Shown here piece after piece: positions 41,706 through 56,003 of a DNA stretch of 64,000 nucleotides. The notes beneath the pieces are model-generated. The model had not been told where the DNA came from, did no database searches, and saw only the letters and a program-made list of their open reading frames with translations. The translations under genes were made by a program, and so were the position numbers. Source of the DNA: Gammaproteobacteria bacterium. GTDB taxonomy: Bacteria > Pseudomonadota > Gammaproteobacteria > Tethybacterales > Persebacteraceae. Within the stretch, counting starts at the first letter, position 1, and each line of letters begins with the position of its first letter. Location of the stretch: assembly GCA_965221835.1 (NCBI GenBank), contig OZ244916.1, positions 528,750 to 592,749 of the forward strand, read 5' to 3'.

Positions 41706-44700
41706 ATGCGCCTGACCGCAATTTATCTGACGGGTTTTAAGTCGTTTTGCGACCGCGCCGCCGTGACGGTGCGAGAAGGAATTACCGGCGTTGTCGGTCC
41801 AAACGGCTGCGGAAAATCCAATATCGTGGACGCCTTGCGTTGGGTACTCGGCGAATCGCGCGCCGCCCGATTGCGCGGAGATGCGTTGCAAGATGTTTTA
41901 TTTAACGGCGGCGGCAATCGCCCGCCCGGCGATTGGTGCGCGGTTGAAACGCGTTTTTCTGCGGAAGAAAACGACGATTTGGGAATGTGGAAAGGATGCG
42001 CCGAAATTGTCGTAAAACGCGAACTCGCGCGCGATGGACAATCGTATTTTTACATTAACGGGCAAACCGTGCGGCGGCGCGATGTCGTTTCGCTTTTTCG
42101 CGGCACCGGCGTTTCGCCCCGTTCTTATGCGGTCGTAGAACAAGGCGTTGTCGGTTCCATCGCCGAAGCGTCCGCGGACGAGTTGCGGCTTTTTTTGGAA
42201 GAGACGGCGGGCGTGTCGCACTACAAAGACCGCCGCAAAGACGCCGAAAGACGGCTGGCGAGTTGCCGGGCAAACTTGGAACAATTGGCGCGATTGATAG
42301 AAGACGCCCGCCGTCAACAAGAATCGCTCAAACGGCAGGCACGGGCGGCGCGACGGTATCGGGAGTTGGGCGAATCGGTCAACGATATGGAAGTCGTTTT
42401 GATTTTGCGAAACCGCGAAATCACCGCGCAAAAAATTAACAAAAAAGATGAAGAAATAACCGTATTAGACGGAAAAATCGCCGAATTGCAAACGCAATGC
42501 GATTCGTTGCGGCAACGCGCCGAAGACGCCGGCAAACAGCGGGACGAATGGCGACAAAAAGCGGGCGGGTACGAAGCGGAACTCGCCCGGACACAAGAAG
42601 CGGCGCGCCGCATTCGCGAAGATTACGAACAAAGCGGACAAAAACGCGCCCGATTAATTGAACGGGGCGAGATTGAAAAAGCGGAACTTGGCGAAGTTGA
42701 AAACGCCGCCCGTCAATGCGCCGAAGAATTGCAAAAAACTTCCGCCGATTTGGACGACATCGCCGCGCAACTCAAAAAACACGAAAGCGAATCGCAAGAC
42801 AAATCCGCGGCGCTTAAAGATTTTCAGAAAACATTGCGCGCGGCGGAAGCAGAAATGGAATCCGCCCGTCAAGGTTTGCAGCAAATTGAACACCGGCGGG
42901 CGACAGCGCAAATGGAAACGCAAATGGCGGAAGAAAAACGCGCCGCATTGCGCGGGCGATTGGACAAATTGCGCGCGGCGGAATCCGGATTGGCGCCCGG
43001 TGATGCGCCGCCGCCTGCGGACGAATCGGAAGTCGCGCGATGCGAAAACGCTTTGCGCACCGCCGAATCGGCGTGCAAACAAAACGCGGAAGAGTTGGAA
43101 AATGCGCGTGCGGCGTTGCGCAAAGCCGAAAATACGCATGTCGCCGCCGCCGCCGAACGAGACGCCTTGCATTCTATGGTGCAAAAACACGAATGGAAAG
43201 TTGCCGCGACTCCGCCGCGTTTGTCCGAATTGTTGCAAGCCGAAGCCGGCGAATGGTCGCGCGCATTGGATGCCGCATTGGGGCGTTTTGCCGATGGTTA
43301 TGCGGTGGAATCGCTGGACGATTTTTTGCGCGAACACGGTTTTCCGCCCGCCGGGGCGGGAATTGTGGAAATGCGCGCCGACAACGCCGTCGCCGAATCG
43401 CGCGCGGGATGGATTCCGTTGTTGTCGCACATTGATGCGCCCGCCGCCGCGAAAAAGTTTTTGTCCGCGAGATTGCGCGGCGTTTATGCTGCCGAATCGG
43501 CGGCGGAAGCGCGACAAATTCGCGATTCGCTGGCGGATGATGAAATGCTGATTACCCGCGATGGCGCGATATTTATGAAATGCGCGGTTTTTTCGGTCGG
43601 CGAAGTGCGCGGCGGTTTTGATTGGCGGCGGCGACTCGCGGTGCTGGACGATTCGCTTGCCGATTATGAAAAAAAGTTGCAGGCGGCGCGGCAACGCGAA
43701 GAAGCGAGTATTTTAAGGCGGACGAAATCCGATTCCGCGCGCGATTCGGCGGCGGCGGCATTGTCTGCGGCGCGCGGCGAAATGTCTGAACGCCGCATTG
43801 CGGTCGGGCAGTGGGAAGAACGGCGAATGGCGGCGGATGCGCGCCGCGAAGAAATGCGCGCCGAAATGGATTTTATCGCGGCGGAGTTGCAGCGGCTGGA
43901 TGATGAAACGGCGCGCCGTGCCGATGGCGACAATTTGCGCGGCGAATACGATTCGGCAGCGGCAGCAGCGGCGGCGGCAAAATCGTCCGCCGAAACGGCA
44001 GCGCACAATTTAGAAACGCGCCGCGCCGAAGCCGCACAATCGGAAATGGCATTGCGCGAATTGCAAGTGCGCCGCGAAAATTCGGGACGGCAAAAAGAAT
44101 CGTTAAACGGGCGCGCCGATGAATTGAAACGCCGTCATGCCGCATTGACGGAACAAATCGCGCACACCGAAAAAGAAATCGCGGAGTTGTCGCAGTTGGC
44201 GACCGGCGAGACGCTTTCTAAATATGATGCCGATATTGCGGCGGCAAAAAACGCGTTGCAAGAAACCGCCGCCGCAGAATCGAAATGGTCGGCAAAAATG
44301 ACCGCGCACGGCGAAGAACGCGAAAAACAATTGCAGCAATTGCAAATATTGCGCGACAAAAACACCGCCTTGCAATTAGAAAAACGCGAGTTGCGCGTTT
44401 CGGCGGAAGGAATGGATAACTCGCTGGAAGAATACGAAAAAGATGAATCGCGACTTTCGTCATTGCGCGAACGCGATATGTCGTCTGAAGAGTTGCGCGC
44501 ACAAATCGCCGAGTTGCGCGGACGGCGCGACCGTCTCGGCGCAATCAATTTCGCCGCCGAACAAGAACTCGGCGAAGGCGAAGCGCGGCTGGAAGGAATG
44601 CAAATGCAAAAAAACGATGTGGAAACAGCGGCGGACGATTTGCAAAAAACTATTCATCGCATAGACGATGAAACGCGCACTCGCATGCGCGGCGTTTACG

Positions 44701-45142
44701 AAGCGATTAATCGCGAATTTGGCGGACTCTTCAAAAAAATGTTCGGCGGCGGGTCGGCGGAGTTGGCAATGCGCGGCAACTCTTTTTTGGATGCCGAGTT
44801 TGAAATTCGCGCCCGTCCGCCGGGCAAACAAATGTTTCCGGTGCGGATGTTGTCGGGCGGCGAAAAATCGGCGACCGCGCTGGCGTTTGTTTTTACTTTA
44901 ATGCGTCATACGCCGCCGCCGTTTTGCGTTATGGACGAAGTGGATGCCGCGTTGGACGATTCGCGTTCCGATTTATTCGTTGGTTTGTTGCGCGAAATGG
45001 CGCAACATTTTCAATGTCTCGTCGTCACGCACAACAAAAATACAATTGAAGCGGCGGACAATCTCATCGGCGTCACGCAGGAAGAAAAAGGCGTTTCCAA
45101 AATCGTTTCAGTCACGCGCGCGGAGGCGGCAAAGGCGGCGTC

Positions 45143-45146
<4 letters not shown>
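41706..45146 (+). CDS. smc: chromosome partition protein Smc
   Basis: Trimmed to MRLTAIYLTGFKSFCDR...GPNGCGKSNIVDALRWVLGE. Long coiled coils. The C-terminus has LSGGEKSATALAFVF and MDEVDAALD. Canonical smc-zipA-ligA context. Confidence 0.93.
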
Positions 45147-48519
<3,373 letters not shown>

Positions 48520-48536
48520 CGAATTTTGGAATCGTT

Positions 48537-48558
48537 TTCGGGCGGAATGTGTTATACT
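48537..48558 (+). promoter_or_regulatory. conserved promoter box TTCGGGCGGAATGTGTTATACT
   Basis: The same box and spacing as at 27017-27038 and 62380-62402. About 30 nt upstream of the RBS of family member 2. Confidence 0.5.
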
Positions 48559-48586
48559 TTCGCAAATACAAAAGAGGAGAAAATAA

Positions 48587-50641
48587 ATGAAAAACACCAT
48601 CAATAAAATCATCTTTTTCGCCGCTGTTTTGTTTGCGGCGGGATTGTCTAACATTTCCGCAAATGCACAACAAACGTACAGCTATTATCTTGCTGATACC
48701 AATTCCGGTGTCGGTTTTAATGTTCTCTATACGGCAACGGGTTATCCATCTGCCGATGACGCAGAAGATGCGGCTGAACAGAATTGCGCCGACGGGGGTT
48801 CAGGTTCTATTGATGATTGCCGAACACATTTTATTGGAAACAGAGGCGTGTTTGGAGACACGGAGACAAATCAAGTGATTGTTTGGTCTAATGAAACTGT
48901 TTTTGGTTTAAATTTTACTGGTTTGGGTGTTGATATTGCTGCCGCTCATGCAGATTTATTTGCGAAATGTGTGGCTTCCCGAGGCATGGCGGCTTGCGCA
49001 GATACCGCTTATGCGGAAGAAAATGTATTATCTTGCGGTACCGGTACGGCGGAAGATTTAACGGATGATTGCGGCGAACGATTTACTCCGCCGCTGAATT
49101 GCGATGGCGGAAGCACGACCTGAGTGGATGGAGACGGCGATGGAAACTGCGATTGTTTGGAAGATGCTCAGATTCAGGTAGATGCGGAGAATTGCCGTTC
49201 GCCGGAAACTTTGCAAGATTGCGTAAATGCAGGGTTCACTTCTTTTAATCCAGAAACAGTAATGTGCACAAACACCGCCCCGAATTGCACCGACAATGCA
49301 ACATTAAACGATGCGGGAGTTTGCGAATGTGACCCCGGATTTCCGATTTTGGAGGAAGAGGGCGAAAATACATTTGCCTGCCGTGCCCCCCTTGTCGCAA
49401 CCGATTGCGGTGACGATTTACCGGATTTTTATGACGGTTCCACATGCGTTTCAGATTGCGGTGAGGGATTTAGAAATCCTGCAAATGCGGGCGAAACTTG
49501 CATTGAGATTACCGCCGCCGATTGCGGACAAAATAACATGCCGGATTTTTATGACGGTTCAATGTGCGTTGCCGATTGCGGGGATAATTTTGTAAATCCT
49601 GCAAATGCGGGCGAAACTTGCCGCCCGATTGCCGAAGTTTTGGCAACCGTCTCCGTTTCGCCGACATATACCGCCGAATCATGCGAAAACGCACGATGGG
49701 AAACGGAATTTGTATTCAGCAACAACAAACAAGAAGTCGCCGAAGTTTGCGGAATTCCTGTTGAACGAAACGATAATCTTCCCGCCGCCGCCCGAGAATC
49801 GCAACCGCAAATCGCAAACGGCGAAATGGCAAACGGATGCATAATTAGAATGTCGGACGATTTTGACAAGGAAAACTCCACGCCCGACATTTCCGCCGCC
49901 GTGCGTTGCGATGACCCGGAACTTTTCGGCAATGACGGATTTCCGCAAATGCCCGAAAATTTTAATCTCGCAACCGACCGGTTAATAATTGTGGTTGCAG
50001 ATGGCAGAAATCGGATTTTCTTTAACGACAACGAGATTCGGATTGCCGTTGCATCGCCGAGAAACAACGATGCCGAAGTTGCGATTATCGGGGCGGTCGG
50101 TGTTGCGATGGCGATGTATGCGATTGCCGATTTCTTGCACGACGGTCGCCCCGCCGATGCTTTCGCATTTTCGCCCGAATTCGGCTACCGCATCAGCGAA
50201 AACGATTATTTCGTGCAGGCAGGCGGCAAAATAGAATACGCCGTTAACGAAAAACTGCGGATGCAATGGTCGGCGGGGCAGACAAACACCGGCGGCGATT
50301 TCGGCGATTTCCGCTATTTATCAAAAGCGGAATATAAAGCGGATTTTTGGGCGGCGACATTTTCGGAATCGGTCAGCGGCAAAACCGCCGATTATGATTT
50401 TTCCCTTTCCGCCGATTTACAAAACGGAATCTGGAAAATCTCCCCCGTTTACCGAATGCAATCCGAATGGAAAGAATCCGATTCCGGCATAAAAACCGAA
50501 ACGCAAAACGAATTAAATCTGGAATCCGAATTCCGCTACAACAATTGGCAAATCCGCCCGTCTGCCGGTTTCAAATGGCAAAATTTCGGGAATTTCACCG
50601 AAAACGGCAAACTCCAAATGAACGCGGTTTATCGGTTTTAA
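48587..50641 (+). pseudogene. Cys-rich repeat / beta-barrel-anchor family member 2, interrupted by one in-frame TGA (49121-49123)
   Basis: Track ORFs 48587-49123 and 49124-50641 are in the same frame, separated only by TGA and then GTG. Joined, they reproduce the member-1 architecture: signal peptide MKNTINKIIFFAAVLFAAG, an N-domain, Cys modules, hydrophobic VAIIGAVGVAMAMYAIADFL, and a beta-domain ending LQMNAVYRF. Confidence 0.6.
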
Positions 50642-50662
50642 TTTCGGGAGAAAAAAAGAAAA

Positions 50663-50690
50663 GGCGGCGGGGAAACTCGCCGCTTTTTTT
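50663..50690 (+). terminator. Rho-independent terminator
   Basis: GCGGCG-GGGAAACT-CGCCGC followed by T7. Confidence 0.65.
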
Positions 50691-50692
50691 GG

Positions 50693-50860
50693 TTTACTCG
50701 CCCCCGACATTTGTCGGGGGCGAAACAAGCCGCAGCAGTTTACTGCTGCAAAACCCGGCATTTTCCGCAAACGATAGACAGCGGCGGAAAAGCGGAAATT
50801 GCGGGGCGGAGTAAACTCCGCCGAACTCGTTTCGCCCCCGACAAATGTCGGGGGCGAGTC
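50693..50860. repeat. MITE/REP-like element: 30-bp perfect terminal inverted repeats flanking ~100 bp with two internal hairpins
   Basis: CTCGCCCCCGACATTTGTCGGGGGCGAAAC at 50697-50726 is the exact reverse complement of 50829-50858. Each arm is itself a palindrome (CGCCCCCGACA/TGTCGGGGGCG). Inner hairpins are GCAGCAG-TTTA-CTGCTGC (50732-50749) and CGGAGT-AA-ACTCCG (50807-50820). Confidence 0.8.
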
Positions 50861-50924
50861 GGGAAGGCGGAAATGACGGCGGGCGGGAATTTGGGAGGCG
50901 TTTGCCCGTGTTATAATCTTTTGT

Positions 50925-51824
50925 ATGCTGAATGAAGTTTTTATTACTTGTGCGGTAACCGGCAGCGGCGATAGTGTTGCAAAATCGGAACATGTGCCGA
51001 TTACGCCGAAACAAATTGCGGATGCCGCAATTGATGCGGCGAGGGCGGGGGCGGCGATTGTGCATTGTCATGTTCGCGACCCGAAAACCGGAAAACCATC
51101 GCGAGATCCGGAATTGTACCGCGAAACGACAATGCGCATTCGCGATTCCGCCGAAGATGTTGTTTTGAATTTGACTGCCGGACACGGTGCGGATTTGGTG
51201 TTGCCCGGTGCGGAAACGCCGCTGCCGCCCGATGCGGCGAAAACCGATATGGCGGGTGCGACCGAAAGATGCAAACATTTGGAGTTGTGCCGCCCCGAAA
51301 TCGCGACATTGGATTGCGGCACGATGAATTTCGGCGAGGGCGATTATGTGATGACAAACACGCCTGCGATGTTGCGGGCGATGGCGGTGCGCATGCGCGA
51401 ACTCGGAGTCAAACCGGAAATGGAAGTTTTTGATACCGGGCATTTGTCGTTTGCCAAAAAACTCGTCGCCGAAGGATTGATAGAATCGCCGCCCCTCGCG
51501 CAGTTTTGCACAGGAATTCCGTGGGGCGCGCCGGACGATTTAAATACGCTTCTCGCGTTGGTCAACAACACGCCCGCCGGATGGATTTATTCGGCGTTTT
51601 CCATCGGGCGAATGGAGTTGCCGTTTGTCGCCGCCGCGACTCTTGCCGATGGCAATGTGCGGGTCGGGCTGGAAGATAACTTATATTTGCAAAAAGGAAT
51701 TAAGGCGACAAATCAAATGTTGGTAGAACGCGCGGCGACAATTTTATCGGCGATGAATGTTCGCATTTTGTCGCCGCAAGAAGTGCGCGAAAAATTGCAA
51801 GTTCAAAAACGCGCGCCGATTTAA
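50925..51824 (+). CDS. BKACE-family (3-keto-5-aminohexanoate cleavage / DUF849) enzyme, probable dehydrocarnitine cleavage enzyme
   Basis: 299 aa: ITCAVTGSGDSVAKSEHVPITPKQIADAAIDAARAGAAIVHCHVRDPKTGKPS. Adjacent to a carnitine-dehydrogenase-like gene. Confidence 0.8.
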   Translation: MLNEVFITCAVTGSGDSVAKSEHVPITPKQIADAAIDAARAGAAIVHCHVRDPKTGKPSRDPELYRETTMRIRDSAEDVVLNLTAGHGADLVLPGAETPLPPDAAKTDMAGATERCKHLELCRPEIATLDCGTMNFGEGDYVMTNTPAMLRAMAVRMRELGVKPEMEVFDTGHLSFAKKLVAEGLIESPPLAQFCTGIPWGAPDDLNTLLALVNNTPAGWIYSAFSIGRMELPFVAAATLADGNVRVGLEDNLYLQKGIKATNQMLVERAATILSAMNVRILSPQEVREKLQVQKRAPI

Positions 51825-51853
51825 TTTTTTGCGGACGGCGGGCGAAATGACGA

Positions 51854-53284
51854 ATGATTAAACGGGTGGCGATTATCGGCGGCGGCGTTATCGGTGCGGG
51901 ATGGACGGCGCGGCTGGCGTTAAACGGAGTTGAAACGCGCGTATATGATCCGGATTCGGATGCGCCGCGCAAAGTCGGAGAGACGATGCAAAATGCCGCC
52001 GCTGCTATCGGCAAACTGACTTCCGCGCCGTTGCCGCCGCCGGTTGCGCCGTTGTTTGTCGATTCTATCGCCGCCGCTGTTGCCGATGCCGAATGGATTG
52101 TGGAAGCCGTGCCGGAACGCGCTGAATTGAAAAAAAATGTATACGCGGAAATTGAATCCGCTTGTCCGGCAGACGCGCTGATTTCTTCGTCTACTTCCGG
52201 TTTTCGTCCGAGTATGTTGCAAGAAGAAATGACGAATCCGGCGCGTTTTATTGTTGCGCATCCGTTCAATCCGGTGTATCTTTTGCCGCTGGTGGAAATT
52301 GTGTGCGGCGAAAAAACCGCGCCGCAAACGGGCGAAAATGCGGCGGAAATATTAACTGCATTGGGAATGCGTCCGTTGCGAGTCAAAAAAGAAATTGACG
52401 CTTTTATCGCGGATCGTTTAATGGAAGCGTTGTGGCGTGAGGCGTTGTGGCTTGTGCATTCCGGTGCGGCGACGACCGCCGACATAGACGATTCCATTCG
52501 TTTCGGTTGCGGATTGCGATGGGCGCAAATGGGGACATTTGAAACTTTTCGCATCGCAGGCGGCGAAGGCGGAATGGCGCATTTCTTAAAACAATTCGGA
52601 CCGTGTTTGCAATGGCCGTGGACGAAACTTACGGATGTGCCGGAATTGACCGATGATTTTGCGGAAGAAATCGCGGCGCAATCAGATGCGCAATCGTCCG
52701 GCTATTCGGTGCGCGATTTGGAACGAATTCGCGATGACAATCTCATCGCTTTTTTGCAAGGATTGAAAGCCAACAATTGGGGGGCGGGCGAAACGCTGGC
52801 GAAATGGGAAAACCGTTTGCATTCGTTAGCATCCGCACCGGAAAATATTTCGCCGCCGTTGCGCACTTTGACGAGACGGGCGCCTCGCCATTGGACGGAT
52901 TATAACGGACACATCAACGAAAGCCGCTATCTGGAATGTTTCAGCGATGCATCGGATGCGGTCATGCGCATTATCGGGGCGGACGAAAAATATGTTGCCG
53001 CCGGAAATTCTTATTTTACGGTAGAAACGCGCATTCGCAATCTGCAAGAAATGCGGGCGGGAGATGCGATATTTTGCGATTCTACGATACTTTTCGCCGA
53101 AGGAAAAAAACTAAAATTGTTGCACGAATTGAAAAACGAACAAGGCGAAATATGCGCGACCGGAGAACATCTTTTAATTCATGTCAATTTAAACACGCGC
53201 CGTTCTTCCTTTCCTGCGGACGATATATTGCACCGCGCCCAAAAAATTGCCGCCGCCTGCGCCGCATTGCCGCCGTCCGATTAA
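51854..53284 (+). CDS. L-carnitine dehydrogenase-like 3-hydroxyacyl-CoA dehydrogenase family protein fused to a C-terminal thioesterase domain
   Basis: 476 aa. Rossmann motif VAIIGGGVIGAGW, then FIVAHPFNPVYLLPLVE. The C-terminal ~150 aa are hotdog-like (WTDYNGHINESRYLECFSDA). Confidence 0.75.
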   Translation: MIKRVAIIGGGVIGAGWTARLALNGVETRVYDPDSDAPRKVGETMQNAAAAIGKLTSAPLPPPVAPLFVDSIAAAVADAEWIVEAVPERAELKKNVYAEIESACPADALISSSTSGFRPSMLQEEMTNPARFIVAHPFNPVYLLPLVEIVCGEKTAPQTGENAAEILTALGMRPLRVKKEIDAFIADRLMEALWREALWLVHSGAATTADIDDSIRFGCGLRWAQMGTFETFRIAGGEGGMAHFLKQFGPCLQWPWTKLTDVPELTDDFAEEIAAQSDAQSSGYSVRDLERIRDDNLIAFLQGLKANNWGAGETLAKWENRLHSLASAPENISPPLRTLTRRAPRHWTDYNGHINESRYLECFSDASDAVMRIIGADEKYVAAGNSYFTVETRIRNLQEMRAGDAIFCDSTILFAEGKKLKLLHELKNEQGEICATGEHLLIHVNLNTRRSSFPADDILHRAQKIAAACAALPPSD

Positions 53285-53492
53285 CAGAAATTTTGATGCA
53301 AAATAAAATCGGCGAAAAAAGTAATTTTATTTTTAATTACGGAATTCTGCCACATTTTTTAATTGCGACAAAAACGAAGTTTTCTGAAAATTCCGCCGAA
53401 CTTTTTAATTCCGAAAAAAACGAAGTTTTCTGAATTTTCCGAAATTTCAATTGAAAAACTTAAAGTGATTTCGGTGTTCGGGAATGGCGAAG

Positions 53493-56003
53493 TTATTCGT
53501 TGCGGATGATGGCGAGCGGAGGTTGGCGCACCCATTTGGCGATTCCGGCGCAACCGAAAATGAGAAATAATGTCACGCCGCCGCAAGCGACAACAAGCGG
53601 GGAACCGTCGCCGATATTCCAATGCAAATCAAAAATATGTTCCACCACGAGTTTGCCGGCGATGAGTCCGAAAATAATCGCCGGCAAAAGTGCCGCCGCC
53701 GCCATTGCCGCAAACTCCGCCATTCCTTTTATGATTAATGCGCCGGTCGACGCGCCCAACAATCTTAAAGTAATAGCATCGCGCACGCGCCGCCGTTGCC
53801 CGTCCATCAGCGAGGCGACAATGACGGGTGCCGCACCAAACAACATAAACAACGCCGCCGCTTGCAACAACAGCGACACATTTTCCAGAAGTCGCCGCCC
53901 GACTTCAAACACCGCGCTCATCGCAATCGGGGTGATGTTCGGAAACGCGCGGACGATTTCCAGTTTGGCGCGATTTTCGTCTTCGGGCGGCAAAAACGCC
54001 GCGCCCATCAGCGAATAAGGCGCATCGCCGAACGGGCGGCGGTCCAAAATGACGACAAAATTAATGTCAAAACTCTGCCAATCAATTTCGCGAAAACTCG
54101 TAATGACGGTCGTCAAACGCCGCCCCAAAATTGTCAGTTCCAACTCGTCGCCGAGTTCCAGCCCGAACGCATCCGCCGCGCCGCTGTCAAAAGATGCTTG
54201 CGGGCGGGTTTCGGAATCGTCCCACAAAACGCCGTCCGATACTTTGCTCGCGCCGATGTAGTCGCCGTTTTCGGTCCAGGTCAGGGCGCGGTCGTTGCCG
54301 AGTATCCAGCGAAAATCGGACGGCGCATCAATGTCGGCGGAATCGCGTCCGCCGATAGCGGCGATTTTTCCGCGCAAAAACGGAATCGTCCGCAAGCGCG
54401 ATTTTTCGCTTACCGCCGTCAATGTTTTTTGTAGCGATTCGCGTTGTTCGGTGCGCGCGCCGGTCAGATAAAAAGTCGGTGCTTCTTGCCGCAGTGTGTC
54501 GTTGATGCGGGCGGCGAAGTTGCCTTCAATATTGAGAATCGCGACCAGCAACGCCATTCCGACCCCGAGTGCGACAACGCCGGTTGCGGTTTGACGGCGA
54601 TTGCGCGCGACCGCCGACAAACCCCACGAAAAGGGCGGCGGCAAACGCCGTGCCGCCGCACCCGCCATTCCCGCACATGCGGCGGAAAGCGCGTACAATA
54701 CCGCCGCCGCCAACGCAATCGCGCCCGCCGCAAACTTTTCGCGCCATTCCAAAGGCAAAAACAGCAACGCCGGAATCCAGACGGCGGCGGCAATTAAAAT
54801 GTCGCGGCGCGAATAGGGCGGCGAATCTTGTTCGTTGCCGCCCGCATTGAATAATGCCAGCGGATTGACTCTGCCGGCGCGCGAAACCGGCAACACCGCA
54901 AACGCCGCGCCGGTCGCTGTTGCAACCAAAATTGCTTTGAAAAACGCCGCCCATGGCCAATGCGGCGAAAGCGGCAACGGCAACGCCGAAGACAAATACG
55001 GCGCCGCCTGATAAGAAAGTGCCGCCCCGCAAATCGCGCCCGCCAACGCGCCGCCGGCAATGAAAATCGCCGCAATTTTCAGATAAACGCGGGCGACAAG
55101 CGTCTCGCTTCCGCCCAACATTTTAACGACCGCGATGGCGCGCATGCGGGCGCGCAAAAATGCCGAAGTCGCGCCGCCGATTCCGATTCCGGCGGTGAGA
55201 ATTGCGGCGAGCGACATGATGGACAAAAACGCGCGCATTCGTTCCACAAAACGGCGCAAACCCGGCATTGCCGCCGCCGCCGCGCGCACATTCCAGCCCG
55301 CTTCGGGAAAGGCGGTCTGCAATCGCGCCGTCCATTCGTCGACGCTTTCGCCTTCGGCAAGACGGACGCGCGCAAATCGGGACGACAACATTCCCGCACC
55401 GGAAAAGTTGCCGCCCGCCGCCGCCGATTCGCCCGCCAAAATGAGCGGTGCCGCCATCCACATTCGCGGGTCGGGGTCGGGTTCGGCGGTGACCACCTCC
55501 GCGATTCGCATCGTCAAACCGGCGGCGGAAAAAGTGTCGCCGGGACGCAAGTTTGCCAACTCCAAAAAATCCGTATCCACCGCCGCCGGATAAACGCCGT
55601 CCGCATCCTCCGCCGATAACAATGCTTGCAAATCGCCGCCGCCTTGCAATTTTAATTCGCCGTACAGCGGATAGGCGGAATCGGCAATTTTGACGCGCGT
55701 CATTTGCGCGTTGTCATCTGCAACCGCCAGCACGGCGGCGACACGGACAAACGAAACACCGGCGGCATTGTCGCGCAACCATTCTTCTTCGGGCGGAGAA
55801 AAATCGCGCGCGCGCAAACGCACCGAAACATCGCCGCCCAGCAAAGTCCGCGCCGAAGACGCAAACGACCGTTCAAAAGTATCGGCAAGTGCCAGCACCA
55901 AAGTCAATGCGGCGGCGGCAAAAGCGGTCGTCAATGCGGCGAGGGCATACAGGCGCGTTTCGCCGCGCAACTCGGCGCGCAAAAGCGAAGATTCAGCCGA
56001 CAT
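53493..56003 (-). CDS. ybbP: FtsX-family ABC transporter permease (YbbP-like, duplicated FtsX domains)
   Basis: About 836 aa and polytopic. Downstream of, and overlapping, the ybbA-like ATPase gene. The start is ATG 56003 or 56039. Confidence 0.8.
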   Translation of the reverse strand: MSAESSLLRAELRGETRLYALAALTTAFAAAALTLVLALADTFERSFASSARTLLGGDVSVRLRARDFSPPEEEWLRDNAAGVSFVRVAAVLAVADDNAQMTRVKIADSAYPLYGELKLQGGGDLQALLSAEDADGVYPAAVDTDFLELANLRPGDTFSAAGLTMRIAEVVTAEPDPDPRMWMAAPLILAGESAAAGGNFSGAGMLSSRFARVRLAEGESVDEWTARLQTAFPEAGWNVRAAAAAMPGLRRFVERMRAFLSIMSLAAILTAGIGIGGATSAFLRARMRAIAVVKMLGGSETLVARVYLKIAAIFIAGGALAGAICGAALSYQAAPYLSSALPLPLSPHWPWAAFFKAILVATATGAAFAVLPVSRAGRVNPLALFNAGGNEQDSPPYSRRDILIAAAVWIPALLFLPLEWREKFAAGAIALAAAVLYALSAACAGMAGAAARRLPPPFSWGLSAVARNRRQTATGVVALGVGMALLVAILNIEGNFAARINDTLRQEAPTFYLTGARTEQRESLQKTLTAVSEKSRLRTIPFLRGKIAAIGGRDSADIDAPSDFRWILGNDRALTWTENGDYIGASKVSDGVLWDDSETRPQASFDSGAADAFGLELGDELELTILGRRLTTVITSFREIDWQSFDINFVVILDRRPFGDAPYSLMGAAFLPPEDENRAKLEIVRAFPNITPIAMSAVFEVGRRLLENVSLLLQAAALFMLFGAAPVIVASLMDGQRRRVRDAITLRLLGASTGALIIKGMAEFAAMAAAALLPAIIFGLIAGKLVVEHIFDLHWNIGDGSPLVVACGGVTLFLIFGCAGIAKWVRQPPLAIIRNE

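Noticed and set aside
49121-49123. Genome-wide reassignment of TGA (genetic code 4 or 25) as the explanation for the in-frame stop
   Set aside because: Many conserved genes here end precisely at TGA with normal lengths (nuoF, nuoG, the MBL hydrolase, ribH, nusB), and no other conserved gene shows an internal TGA.
49121-49190. Selenocysteine insertion at the in-frame TGA
   Set aside because: I could not fold a convincing SECIS-like hairpin in the ~60 nt downstream, and the paralogs have no Cys at the equivalent position. Not fully excluded without a SECIS search.
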